A stretch of 64,000 nucleotides of DNA from Acidobacteriota bacterium (lineage in GTDB: Bacteria > Acidobacteriota > UBA890 > WLXD01). Below the pieces are notes generated by a model that saw only the letters and a list, made by a program, of their open reading frames with translations, made no database searches and was not told the origin of the DNA. The stretch is taken from contig CAXWPH010000015.1 in the NCBI GenBank assembly GCA_963666055.2, positions 2,144,001 through 2,208,000 of the forward strand. Reading direction: 5' to 3'. This document shows positions 20,779 through 30,610 of this stretch, piece after piece (positions within the stretch are counted from its first letter, which is position 1; the number at the start of each line of letters is the position of its first letter). Position numbers and translations under genes: made by a program.

Positions 20779-22352
20779 TCAGCGGCGCGGCTGCCGACCC
20801 CTGCGGTCATGCCCCGCAGAGAGTGCACGGCAACGTCGCTTCAGAGCTGCTCGCGGCCGGGGTGGGGTCCGATCTAGCGCTGTCGGTCGGTGCTGAAAAC
20901 GTTACCTACGGACAGCTTCGCGGCCGCGTCGACCGGGCGGCGGCGCATCTACGCGCCCGACGCCTCGCACCCGGCTCACGTGTTGGTCTGGTGGCCGAGA
21001 ACGGCGTTTTCTTCGTTGTTGCCTACCTGGCGACGATACGCGCCGGGCTATGCGTTGTGCCCTTGCCGACGATGCTACGAGTCGAGCGACTTCGTCGCAT
21101 CGCGATCGATACCAGCATGCAGTTAATGCTCGCATCGTCTCGGATGGCGCCGGATGCGGACCTAATCGGGGCCATGGCCGCCGCTGAGGTGGAGCTATGG
21201 TCCGAGGACGGGCTCGATCTCCCCCTGGAGGATGGCGCGTTCGTCGCCGAGGCCGAATCGTCGAGCACGTTCGATCCATCGAGCGCTCTCGCGGCCCTCT
21301 TTTTTACCGCCGGCTCCACCGGAGTGCCGAAGGGTGTCATGGTCACGCATCGCAACATCGCCACCAACACGCGGGACATCGTCGAGTACATGGGGCTCGC
21401 GCCTACCGACCGCGCGATGTTGGTGCTGCCACTGCACTATTGCTACGGCCTGTCGGTGCTGCATGCACATCTGTCGGCGGGCGCATCGGTGGTGATCAAC
21501 AACGCCTTCATGTTCCCGGAGAAGGTACTCGACGATATGGAGGCCAAGGCGTGTACGGGGATCGCCGGTGTGCCGTCGACCTATCAGATCCTGCTGCGCC
21601 GAAGCCATTTCAAGGAGCGCGACTTCCCGGCGCTCCGCTGGTTCCAGCAAGCAGGCGGAAGGCTGCCGGAACCATTCATACGCGAAATGCAGGAGGCCTT
21701 TCCCGAGGTACACTTGTATGTGATGTACGGTCAGACGGAGGCCACCGCGAGGCTTTCTTATCTTCCGCCGGAGCGGCTTGACGACAAGCTCGGCTCCATC
21801 GGCCGCGGCTTGCCGTCGACCGCCTTGGAGGTGCTGAAAGAGGATGGTTCGCCGGTGCGCCCCGGCTCTGCGGAAATCGGCGAGATCGTCGCCATGGGCG
21901 ACAACATCAGCCCTGGGTATTGGAACGATGTCGCCGGGACGCGGAAGTACTTCGGCGAGGGCAGGCTGCGAACGGGCGACCTGGCGCGCGTCGACGCGGA
22001 AGGATTCATCTTTATCGTCGACCGCGCCCGTGACTTCATCAAGTCGATGGGGATCCGCGTCAGCCCGAAAGAGATCGAGGAGGTCATCGCGGCGCTGCCA
22101 GGGGTGGTCGAAGTGGCCGTCATCGGTGTTCCCGATGAGATCTGGGGCGAAGCGATCAAGGCGGTTGTGGTGCCCGTACGCGAAGGGGAGCTCAGCGGTC
22201 GATCGATCGTGCGTCACTGCAACGACCATCTGCCCAACCACATGATCCCGACGACCGTCGAGCTCACCGATCACCTTCCAAAGAACGCCGCCGGTAAGGT
22301 CTTGAAGGCGCACCTGCGAGAAGCGGCAAGTGATTGCGGATCTGGAGCATGA
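20775..22352 (+). CDS. AMP-binding (adenylate-forming) acyl-CoA/acyl-ACP ligase
   Basis: FTAGSTGVPKGV, YGQTEA, RTGDLA, PKNAAGKV; GTG overlaps the ACP stop. Confidence 0.92.
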   Translation: MISGAAADPCGHAPQRVHGNVASELLAAGVGSDLALSVGAENVTYGQLRGRVDRAAAHLRARRLAPGSRVGLVAENGVFFVVAYLATIRAGLCVVPLPTMLRVERLRRIAIDTSMQLMLASSRMAPDADLIGAMAAAEVELWSEDGLDLPLEDGAFVAEAESSSTFDPSSALAALFFTAGSTGVPKGVMVTHRNIATNTRDIVEYMGLAPTDRAMLVLPLHYCYGLSVLHAHLSAGASVVINNAFMFPEKVLDDMEAKACTGIAGVPSTYQILLRRSHFKERDFPALRWFQQAGGRLPEPFIREMQEAFPEVHLYVMYGQTEATARLSYLPPERLDDKLGSIGRGLPSTALEVLKEDGSPVRPGSAEIGEIVAMGDNISPGYWNDVAGTRKYFGEGRLRTGDLARVDAEGFIFIVDRARDFIKSMGIRVSPKEIEEVIAALPGVVEVAVIGVPDEIWGEAIKAVVVPVREGELSGRSIVRHCNDHLPNHMIPTTVELTDHLPKNAAGKVLKAHLREAASDCGSGA

Positions 22353-23562
22353 GTACCGCGGGGCTGTCCGATGCGCGCCGCACCGAGGTCGACACAGCGA
22401 TCACCGAGTTGATCGCCGGGGATCAGTTCTCGTCGAAGCAGGCCGACAAGGATCACGACCTTCTGGCGATCCTACGGCCCCTGTGCGAGCAGATGGCAGA
22501 AGCCTGCCCACCGTATGCGCGCTTCCTCGCTCGCCTTGGAGGGAGCCCAGCGGTCTGGACGCGGGTCGCCGATGTGCCGCCCTTGCCGGTTACCATGTTC
22601 AAGCGCTTCGCACTTTCGGCCGTCGCGCCGGAACGGGTGGTTCGAGAGTTGCACTCGTCGTCGACCACCGGCCAGTCGCCCAGCCGTATCTTCATCGACA
22701 AGACCACCGCCTTCCGACAGTCGAGGGCGCTGGTATCGATTCTCAAGGACGCGTTGGGCGGCAAGCGCCGACCGTATCTCGTGGTCGACGCTGAGGAGGC
22801 TGCCGCCGCTGGCGATGTGCTGACAGCTCGCGGCGCGGCGATCCGCGGAATCGGTAGCTTCGCGAACTCCACCACCTACGCGTTGCGATCGCGAGACCAC
22901 GGTGACCTCATGCCTGATTGGGACGCAATCGAGGCATTTTTCGAACGACACGGCGACGAGCCGATACTCATCTTCGGGTTCACGTTCATCGTTTGGTCCC
23001 GGTTCGTCCGCGCGGCGGAGGCGCGCGGCGCGCGCTTCGATGCTCCCGAAGCATCGTTTGGTCCCGGTTCGTCCGCGCGGCGGAGGCGCGCGGCGCGCGC
23101 TTCGATGCTCCCGAAGCCGTGCTACTGCACTCTGGGGGCTGGAAGAAGCTCGAGGCCGACGCGGTATCGAAGGCTGTCTTCAACGAGCGCGTCAGCGACG
23201 TGTTGGGAATGGATTCCGGCGCGGTGCTTGATTTCTACGGCATGGTTGAGCAGGTAGGCACGGTCTTCGTTGACTGCGTGGCTGGTAACAAGCACGCTCC
23301 GGCCTTCGCGGACGTCGTGATCCGCAGGCCTCATACGCTCGAGCCGGTGGCGCCGGGGGAGACCGGGATCATCGAGGTGGTGAGCGTGCTGCCGACGAGC
23401 TATCCGGGCCATGCGCTCCTCACTGAGGATCAGGGAACGCTGGTCGGCGTAGACGACTGCCCGTGCGGGCGGTCCGGACAGTACTTTCGCTTCACCAGCC
23501 GTGTCGAGCGCGTTGAGGTGCGTGGTTGTGGCGACACCTTCGCAGTCAAGCAACTCAAATGA
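22349..23562 (+). pseudogene. LuxE-family acyl-protein synthetase, frameshifted by a 65-bp tandem duplication
   Basis: LPVTMFK, SSSTTGQSPSRI, FGFTFIVW in one frame; HSGGWKKL, FYGMVEQ, LPTSYPGH.LLTED.G, EVRGCGD in the other. Confidence 0.85.
22987..23116. repeat. Perfect 65-bp tandem duplication
   Basis: CATCGTTTGGTCCC...GATGCTCCCGAAG present at 22987-23051 and again at 23052-23116. Confidence 0.97.
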
Positions 23563-24827
23563 GCGGTATCTACTTCCGTCCCGACAAGCCCCCCTTATCG
23601 TTCACCGATCTGGGGGCGATCACCGCTGCTCTGCAACAGCGGCGTGCCTCGATGGCAGCGATGCCCACCGCGTCGTTGCTTGATCTCCTGGCCGCTTTCG
23701 GCTCGCGCCTGCTTGAGGACCCTCATACGCGCGGGCTCGAGGGCGTGACGTTTCTGTCCGCTTGGCTCAAGCGTTCAAATCTCGAGAAGATGCTGGCGCT
23801 GAACCTCGGTGGTCATGTAGCGGCGCTCGATGGCTTCGTCGACGTGCACGATCGGCAGCTGGCGGTGAAGCCACACGGCCTGGTGTCGATGTGGATGGCA
23901 GGCAATGTGCCCACGCTGCCGGTCTTCGCGCTGGTACCGGCGTTGTTGGCCAGGAACGTCTGTCTCGTGAAGCTAGCCGACCCTCAGCCCGGCGGCATCG
24001 ACGCGATGATCGACGTGCTGGCCGGGTGCTCGGTGGGTGGCCTCTCGGGCGCCGATCTGTGCGCTTGCTTTGCCGTGGTCTGGTACAGCTCCAGCGAAAG
24101 CGACTTGGGTACGGCGATGTCGCTGGCGGCCGACGCCAAGGTGACCTGGGGCGGACAGGCGGCTATCGAGGCGATACGTAGATTGCCGCAGAAGCCGCAT
24201 TGCGTGAATGTCGAGTTCGGTCCGAAATACTCGATCGGCCTGATCGGTAGTGCCCTTCTCGAACAGCCCGCGGCGCTCGACCGGGTGGTTGCCGCATTCG
24301 TGCGAGATATTGCCATCTTCGATCAACGTGCCTGTTCTTCGCCACAGACGATCTTCGTCGAAGCAACGAACGGTGCCCTGGCCGATGTCGGCGCGCGCTT
24401 CGCGGCGGCTCTTGAGCGCCTGCCACCGAAGCCGGCCCTCGATGCGTACACAACCGTACAGATCGCCAATACTCGAGCCGAGTGGGCGCTGGATGAGCAG
24501 CGCGACGTCATCGCCTCGCGCGATGGCGCCAACTGGACCGTGTGCATGGACGCCGACGTGTCGTTCAAGGAAGCTATCCAGTCGCGCACGGTGTTTCTCA
24601 CGGCGGTGGATTCGTGGCGTTTGGTGGTACCGCTGATCGATGCCCGGGTGCAGACGGTCGGCATAGCCTTCGGCGACGACGGCGAGGCACGCGACTTCGC
24701 CGAGGCCGCGACCCTCGCGGGAGCCGCCCGGTGCGTGCGTCCGGGGTTGATGAACGTGCAGGAGTCTCCCTGGGACGGGAAGCTGCTGATCAACGAGCTG
24801 GTGCGCTGGGTGACGTTGAAGGTATAG
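23559..24827 (+). CDS. LuxC-family acyl-CoA/acyl-protein reductase
   Basis: PHGLV..W.AGNVP, WGG..AI, FGPKYS, FDQRACSSPQ (catalytic Cys), PWDG; ATG overlaps the luxE-like stop. Confidence 0.88.
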   Translation: MSGIYFRPDKPPLSFTDLGAITAALQQRRASMAAMPTASLLDLLAAFGSRLLEDPHTRGLEGVTFLSAWLKRSNLEKMLALNLGGHVAALDGFVDVHDRQLAVKPHGLVSMWMAGNVPTLPVFALVPALLARNVCLVKLADPQPGGIDAMIDVLAGCSVGGLSGADLCACFAVVWYSSSESDLGTAMSLAADAKVTWGGQAAIEAIRRLPQKPHCVNVEFGPKYSIGLIGSALLEQPAALDRVVAAFVRDIAIFDQRACSSPQTIFVEATNGALADVGARFAAALERLPPKPALDAYTTVQIANTRAEWALDEQRDVIASRDGANWTVCMDADVSFKEAIQSRTVFLTAVDSWRLVVPLIDARVQTVGIAFGDDGEARDFAEAATLAGAARCVRPGLMNVQESPWDGKLLINELVRWVTLKV

Positions 24828-24885
24828 CAGGCTGTAGTGAACAGGTGGAGTCTGTCTGCGGCGCTGGACAGGGGGGAGAGTTGGA

Positions 24886-25749
24886 ATGATTGCCGGCTTC
24901 GGGTTGAGAGCGGCACCGGGTCCCGATGTGGCGCTCGGTACCGGGTGCACCTTCGACGACTCGGTTCGCTGGGGCAGCGGGGTGACGCTTGGTAACAACG
25001 TTCACGTGGGCCCCGGGGTCGTTCTGTACGATCGTGTCGCCATCGGGGACAACGTATGGGTGGGCCCGGATTGCAGTCTCGGCGAGCCGACCTACGGGTT
25101 CTTTCGTGACCGCGCCAGCTACGTTGCCGGTCGGACGCGCGTCGGCAGTGGCTCGATTCTCCGCCGTGGCACCATCATCAACGCCGGCACCGAGGTCGGG
25201 GAGAACTTCCAGACTGGTCCGTACGTCGCCATGCGCGAAGACACCCGCGTCGGAAACAACTGCTCGATCGGTAACAACTGCGACATCCAGCCGAACGTCG
25301 AGATCGGCGACTATGTACGGTTGCGATCCTATGTGACGGTCGGCTCCGGCACACGCATCGGCCCATTCGTCTGGGTTCATCCGTTCGTGGTTTTCACCAA
25401 TGACCGAGCGTTCCCGGTGTTCGCGGTGGAAGAGGCGCCGCAGGTGGCGCCGTTCTGCGCCATCGCAGTGCACGCTACGATTCTCCCGGGGACTCGACTC
25501 GGCGTGCATGCCATCGTCGGGGCGAACTCCAAGGTGGGAGGCGAGGTGCCAGCGTACGCTTTCATGGACGGATCGCCAGCCGAGAATCGCATTGATTGCC
25601 GCCGCATCATGCATAAGGTCGGCGATCAGGTGCACCAGCCCTACCCATGGATTCGTTGCGTTGACCGCGACTATCCGTGGGCCCAAATATCGCCCGACGA
25701 ACGACGGGTTGAGGACTGGGTACCAGAGGAATGGAGCGACTTTCTTTGA
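24886..25749 (+). CDS. Left-handed beta-helix (hexapeptide) N-acyltransferase, WbpD/FdtC-like
   Basis: Many [LIV]G hexapeptide repeats, VFTND motif, ATILPG..LG..AIVGA.S.V. Confidence 0.85.
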   Translation: MIAGFGLRAAPGPDVALGTGCTFDDSVRWGSGVTLGNNVHVGPGVVLYDRVAIGDNVWVGPDCSLGEPTYGFFRDRASYVAGRTRVGSGSILRRGTIINAGTEVGENFQTGPYVAMREDTRVGNNCSIGNNCDIQPNVEIGDYVRLRSYVTVGSGTRIGPFVWVHPFVVFTNDRAFPVFAVEEAPQVAPFCAIAVHATILPGTRLGVHAIVGANSKVGGEVPAYAFMDGSPAENRIDCRRIMHKVGDQVHQPYPWIRCVDRDYPWAQISPDERRVEDWVPEEWSDFL

Positions 25750-26489
25750 AGGTGCTCGGTTTTTCACCGGTCTTCAACCAGCTACACGACCTCCCCCTAC
25801 TGCTGGAGGAGCTGAGCGTAACGGGGCCGGCTTGCGACGAGTTCTTGCTGGTCAACAACGGCTCCAACGACGGCTCGGAGCACATTATTCGCTCGTCAGG
25901 CTGGCCCTGCATCGAAGTGGAGCGCAATCGAGGCGTCGGCTGGGCGATCATCGCCGCGACCGAATGGGCTCGGGAGCACGGCTACGACGTGCTCGTGGGT
26001 CTGGCCTCGAACAGGAAGATGCTACCAGCGGAAATGGAGCGTGTCGTAGGGCCGATTCGCCGCGGCGAGGCCGATTATGTCACCGGCAGTCGCTATCTGG
26101 AGGGGGGTATGTCGCCCAACCTGTCGGCCTTTCGCCGTTTGGCCATCCCGATCGTCAATCTGGCCGTGCACCTGGCCACCGGCTCACGCATCACCGATGC
26201 GACCTGCGGCTATCGTGCTTTTCGTGTCGATATCTTCGACCGTGCCCGGTTCGATTGGCGTGCCGAGTGGCTGTGGACCTACGCGTTCGAGCCCTATCTC
26301 TATGGCAAGGTGCTGATTGCTGGAGCTGCGGTCCGCTGGCTCGAGGTTCCCATCACGATGCGCTATCCGAGCCGTGGTCACGGCTACACGAAGATCCGTC
26401 CCGGCCTCGACTGGTGGCGCATGGTCTACCCCTTCTTCTGGGCGCGGATAGAGCGCGGGCGGTTTGTGGAGTCCGGCACGACAGTCTGA
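25731..26489 (+). CDS. GT2 glycosyltransferase, polyprenol-phosphate/DPM1-like, atypical (no DxD)
   Basis: PVFN, VNNGSNDGS, NRGVG.AI, DYVTGSRY, ITDATCGYRA, EVPI. Confidence 0.85.
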   Translation: MERLSLKVLGFSPVFNQLHDLPLLLEELSVTGPACDEFLLVNNGSNDGSEHIIRSSGWPCIEVERNRGVGWAIIAATEWAREHGYDVLVGLASNRKMLPAEMERVVGPIRRGEADYVTGSRYLEGGMSPNLSAFRRLAIPIVNLAVHLATGSRITDATCGYRAFRVDIFDRARFDWRAEWLWTYAFEPYLYGKVLIAGAAVRWLEVPITMRYPSRGHGYTKIRPGLDWWRMVYPFFWARIERGRFVESGTTV

Positions 26490-26591
26490 GCGCCGCGTGC
26501 CGACAACCACCCAGCGCTATAATCCAGCCTTCATCCTTCATACCCCCCCTTTCATACGCGGGCGCCCACGGGTGCCCGGAGGTCATACGCA

Positions 26592-27614
26592 ATGAGCATC
26601 ATCCGTGTGCTCTTTATCCTGGCCTGCGCGGCGATCGGGTTTCTCGGAATCCCGGGTGGTGTGGGCGGCCTGGCCGTCGGGCTACTGTTCGCAGTCGTGG
26701 TCGTCCTGCTGGAGGTCAAGCTCCACAGGCTTCACCCGAACGTCCTCATGGGCGGCGTCGTGGGCACGTTCATGGGGCTGGTGCTGGCGATGGCGCTCGG
26801 AGTCGTCGGCAGGCAGCTTGACCTGAGCACCACTGCCGAGGCCGTGATCCAGGGAGTCGCCGTCCTGACCCTGGCCTACTTGGGCATGGTCATCGGGTCG
26901 CTCAAGGGTCAATCTGGCGAATGGTGGATCCCCTGGAGGCCGTTCCTCGAGGATCAGCGCGTTGGCGTCACCGACAAGATCCTAGACACGTCGGTGATCA
27001 TCGATGGTCGGATTGCCGAGATCGCCGCCGCCGGGTTCGTCGATGGCACCTTGCTCGTACCGCAGTTCGTGCTCAACGAGCTACAGCAGGTCGCTGATTC
27101 CAGTGATGCACTCAAGCGTGCGCGAGGCCGCCGCGGTCTCGATATCCTCCGAGATCTGCAGCGCAGCGCCGATCTCGACGTTCAGATCGATGCGACCGAC
27201 TTTCCGGGTATTGCCGAGGTCGACTCAAAGCTCATCGAGCTGGCGATCCAGCGTGGCGGTGTGGTGCTCACGAACGACTTCAATCTCGCCAAGGTGGCAC
27301 AGGTGCGTGGTGTTCGGGTGCTCAACGTCAACGACCTTGCCAACGCGGTCAAACCGGCGTTCCTTCCGGGTGAGCCGATGTCGGTGTTCGTCGTCAAGGA
27401 GGGTAAGGAGGCGGGGCAGGGCGTCGGCTACCTCGACGACGGAACTATGGTGGTCGTCGACGGCGGCAGCGCGCATCGCGGGTCGACAGTCGATCTGGTT
27501 GTTACGTCGGTTCTGCAAACGAGCGCCGGGAAGATGATCTTCGGCCGGAGGACGGAGAGCTCGCGGCGGAGCGCGCCGGAGCTGGCGGAGCCTGTCTCGA
27601 TCTCCAATCCGTAG
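26592..27614 (+). CDS. Membrane PIN/TRAM-domain protein (YacL-like)
   Basis: N-terminal TMs, KILDTSVIIDGRI, RGRRGLDIL, TNDFNL.KVA, GVGYLDDGTMVVV, VTSVLQTSAGKMIF. Confidence 0.95.
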   Translation: MSIIRVLFILACAAIGFLGIPGGVGGLAVGLLFAVVVVLLEVKLHRLHPNVLMGGVVGTFMGLVLAMALGVVGRQLDLSTTAEAVIQGVAVLTLAYLGMVIGSLKGQSGEWWIPWRPFLEDQRVGVTDKILDTSVIIDGRIAEIAAAGFVDGTLLVPQFVLNELQQVADSSDALKRARGRRGLDILRDLQRSADLDVQIDATDFPGIAEVDSKLIELAIQRGGVVLTNDFNLAKVAQVRGVRVLNVNDLANAVKPAFLPGEPMSVFVVKEGKEAGQGVGYLDDGTMVVVDGGSAHRGSTVDLVVTSVLQTSAGKMIFGRRTESSRRSAPELAEPVSISNP

Positions 27615-27626
27615 CGGTGCGGCGTG

Positions 27627-28295
27627 ATGTCCGATGCGCTCACTAGGCCGTCCGATGCCAACCTGGTACGTGCTGCCGGGCGCGGCGACACAGATGCGTT
27701 CCGGCAACTGTACGAGCGCAAACATCGTCGCGTGCGGCGTATTGCCTACCAGATGTTGGGCGATCGCGGTGCTGCGGAGGATGTCGCCCAGGAGGCATTT
27801 CTGGCGCTTTGGCGACACTGCCCACGTTATCGCCCCAGGTTTTCGGTGGATGCTTGGCTCGCACGAATCGTCACTAACAAGGCGATCGATCGCTGGCGCA
27901 ACGAGCGACGTCACCCGGCGCCGCTGGGCGAGCGGCCGCCGGTGGCAGGGGCTGCACGCGGACCCGCAGCGCATTCGCTGACCCTCGGGGTGACGACTGA
28001 GACTGCGGCCCAGCGCCTGCCGGCGGACGATTCGGCCGACCCGAGCCTGGCGATGCGCTGGGAGGAAGTACAGCGCATCTGGAACGAGCTCGCCGCCGAG
28101 CTTCCGGAACGACAGCGGGCTGCGTTCGTTCTGCGGGAGATCGAAGACCTTCCGGCGCGTGATGTTGCGCGCGCGTTGGGCTGCAGCACCTCGACGGTGC
28201 GCACCCACGTGGCGCTGGCGAGGCGAGAGCTGCGCCGCGGAATTCGCCAACGCTACCCCGAGTATGCGACCGTTCCTACAGAAAGTCTCGACTAG
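27627..28295 (+). CDS. ECF sigma-70 factor
   Basis: GDTDAFRQLY, AEDVAQEAF, WLARIVTNKAID, LPERQRAAFVLR..E....VA..LG....TVRTH...AR. Confidence 0.92.
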   Translation: MSDALTRPSDANLVRAAGRGDTDAFRQLYERKHRRVRRIAYQMLGDRGAAEDVAQEAFLALWRHCPRYRPRFSVDAWLARIVTNKAIDRWRNERRHPAPLGERPPVAGAARGPAAHSLTLGVTTETAAQRLPADDSADPSLAMRWEEVQRIWNELAAELPERQRAAFVLREIEDLPARDVARALGCSTSTVRTHVALARRELRRGIRQRYPEYATVPTESLD

Positions 28296-28446
28296 CGCGG
28301 CGGCCAACGCGTCTGTTTCGGGTATCATCTGTTAGAGGCCACTAGCGTTGGGGGGCGCTGACGGCGCACGACGCGCGTAACACCGGTCGAAGCAGGACGA
28401 CACTGGCCGGTAAGGCGCCGCGCTCGTGACGCTCTTCGGGGGAGCG

Positions 28447-29466
28447 GTGATACGAGTCGCGGTGGTGGGCGCCGGTCACTGGGGTCCAAACGTCATCAAC
28501 AATCTCTACACGCATACCGACGCATGGGTTTCGTGGGTGGCCGACACCAACCCCGATCGCCTCGCCACGGTAGCAAGCCGCTTCCCCGGGGTGCAGACGA
28601 CGAGCGATGCGCTCGCCGCGATCCGCGCCGACGACGTCGATGCGGTTATCGTGGCTACTCCTACCAGCACCCACCACGAGTTTGCCACCGTTGCTCTTGA
28701 AGCCGGCAAGCATGTGCTGGTGGAAAAACCGCTCGCCGACAGCACCGAGCATGCCGAATTGCTCTGTGAGCTAGCGCAGCGCACCGATCTGGTGCTCATG
28801 GTAGGTCACATCTTCGTCTACAACGCTGCGGCTCGCCGGGCGAAGGAGTACATCGGCGAAGGGGAGCTCGGACGCGTCTATTACATCTCCATGGAACGTA
28901 CGAACCTGGGACCGATCCGGGCCGATGTCAACGCTGCCTGGGATTTGGCCGCCCATGACGTGTCGCTCGCTAACTACTGGCTCAACAGCAACCCGGTGAC
29001 CGCCTCGGCAGTGGGCGGGGCATGGATCAATCCGGGAATCGAGGACGCGGTCTTTGCGACCCTGCGGTATCCCGCCGATGTCCTCGTCCACCTGCATGCT
29101 TCGTGGCTGAACCCGCGCAAGTCACGTGCCATCACCGTTGTGGGCGAGCGTCGCATGCTAACTTTTGATGACGGAAACCTGTCGGAGCCGCTACGCATCT
29201 ACGACAAGAAAGTACGCAACGAGCGCATCGACGTACCGTTCGTGGATACCTTCGCCAGCTTCCGGATGAGCGTTCGCGAGGGCGACATCGTGATCCCACG
29301 GGTACAGATGACCGAACCGCTCAAGGTCGAAGTGAATCATTTTCTGGAGTGCGTCCGGCAGGGGAATCGCCCGCTGTCTGCCGGGGCGGAAGGGCTTGCC
29401 GTAGTGCGTACCCTGGAAGCTATCGGTCGGTCGCTCGCCGGCCGCGGCGCGGAGATGCAGGTGTGA
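28447..29466 (+). CDS. Gfo/Idh/MocA oxidoreductase (nucleotide-sugar dehydrogenase, WbpB-like context)
   Basis: VVGAGHWG, GKHVLVEKP, WDLAAHD, ASWLNPRK.R; adjacent to DegT gene. Confidence 0.9.
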   Translation: MIRVAVVGAGHWGPNVINNLYTHTDAWVSWVADTNPDRLATVASRFPGVQTTSDALAAIRADDVDAVIVATPTSTHHEFATVALEAGKHVLVEKPLADSTEHAELLCELAQRTDLVLMVGHIFVYNAAARRAKEYIGEGELGRVYYISMERTNLGPIRADVNAAWDLAAHDVSLANYWLNSNPVTASAVGGAWINPGIEDAVFATLRYPADVLVHLHASWLNPRKSRAITVVGERRMLTFDDGNLSEPLRIYDKKVRNERIDVPFVDTFASFRMSVREGDIVIPRVQMTEPLKVEVNHFLECVRQGNRPLSAGAEGLAVVRTLEAIGRSLAGRGAEMQV

Positions 29467-29467
29467 C

Positions 29468-30598
29468 ATGAGGGTCCCGCTCGTTGACCTGAAGCTGCAG
29501 CACGCCTTGATCGCCGATGAAGTTTCTGCGGGGCTGAGTCAGGTGATGGCCGACACCGCCTTCATCCTCGGACCCCAGGTCGGGGAGTTTGAGGCCGAGT
29601 TCGCCCGATTTCAGGAGGCGCCCCACTGTGTGGGGGTCGGCAGTGGCACGGACGCGCTGGAGATGGCCCTGCGCGCCCTCGGCGTGGGCGCGGGTGACGA
29701 GGTGATCCTGCCGGCAAATACGTTCATCGCCACCGCGCTCGCGGTTACCCGATCCGGCGCAATCCCGTTGCTGGTGGACTGTGACCCCGAGCATCATCTG
29801 ATCGACGTCGAGAGAGCAGAGGAAGCCGTGGGGTCGCGAACACGCGCGATCATCCCGGTCCACCTGTACGGTCAGCTTGCGCCAATGGAACAGCTGCTAG
29901 AGTTCGCTGCCCGCCACGATCTCGTCGTGGTCGAGGACGCCGCGCAGGCGCATGGCGCCCGACGCCACGGGCAAACGGCAGGTAGCTTCGGGCAGGCAGC
30001 GGGGTTCAGCTTCTATCCGGGCAAGAACCTCGGGGCGTCCGGCGACGCGGGCGCAGTGATCACCCACGACGCCGATGTGTACGACGCCGTCCGGAGACTG
30101 CGGAACTGGGGGAGCGATCGCAAGTATCATCACCCCGCGATGGGGTTCAACTCCCGCCTCGACACCCTACAGTCAGTCGTGTTGCTGGCCAAGCTCCGGC
30201 ACCTGGCGGCGGGGAATCAACATCGTCGCGAGGCCGCAGAGCTCTACGACGAGCTCCTCGTCGACATGCCCACGGTGTCGCGACCGAGCGTCCTCGACGG
30301 CAACGAGCCTGTCTGGCATCTGTACGTCGTGCGGGTGGCCGAACGGGACCGGGTGCTGCAGTACCTCAACGAGAGGGGGATCGGTGCCGGGATTCACTAT
30401 CCGATTCCAATCCATCTACAGGGTGCCTATGCCGACCTAGGGAACGGGCCGGGGTCGTTCCCCGTCGCCGAGCAGGCCGCCAACGAGGTCCTGTCGTTGC
30501 CGATGTTCGCAGGAATCACCGAGGCGCAGCAGCGACACACGATCGAGATCCTCGAACAGGCGCTGGCCGGCATGAGTCGCCGGGTCGCGGCAGGCTGA
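29468..30598 (+). CDS. DegT/DnrJ/EryC1/StrS sugar aminotransferase
   Basis: SGTDAL, PVHLYGQ, EDAAQAHG, SFYPGKNLGA (PLP Lys), GFNSRLD, VWHLYVV. Confidence 0.95.
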   Translation: MRVPLVDLKLQHALIADEVSAGLSQVMADTAFILGPQVGEFEAEFARFQEAPHCVGVGSGTDALEMALRALGVGAGDEVILPANTFIATALAVTRSGAIPLLVDCDPEHHLIDVERAEEAVGSRTRAIIPVHLYGQLAPMEQLLEFAARHDLVVVEDAAQAHGARRHGQTAGSFGQAAGFSFYPGKNLGASGDAGAVITHDADVYDAVRRLRNWGSDRKYHHPAMGFNSRLDTLQSVVLLAKLRHLAAGNQHRREAAELYDELLVDMPTVSRPSVLDGNEPVWHLYVVRVAERDRVLQYLNERGIGAGIHYPIPIHLQGAYADLGNGPGSFPVAEQAANEVLSLPMFAGITEAQQRHTIEILEQALAGMSRRVAAG

Positions 30599-30610
30599 CC
30601 GCGCGGGATA

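Noticed and set aside
22349-24827. Bioluminescence (lux) operon
   Set aside because: No luxA/luxB/luxD in the window; the context is ACP, acyltransferase and glycosyltransferase
24790-25767. Long antisense or alternative-frame ORFs (also 21195-22313, 25400-26821, 27225-28328, 31225-32436, 50807-51982)
   Set aside because: Shadow ORFs of well-supported genes in GC-rich DNA, with no recognisable motifs
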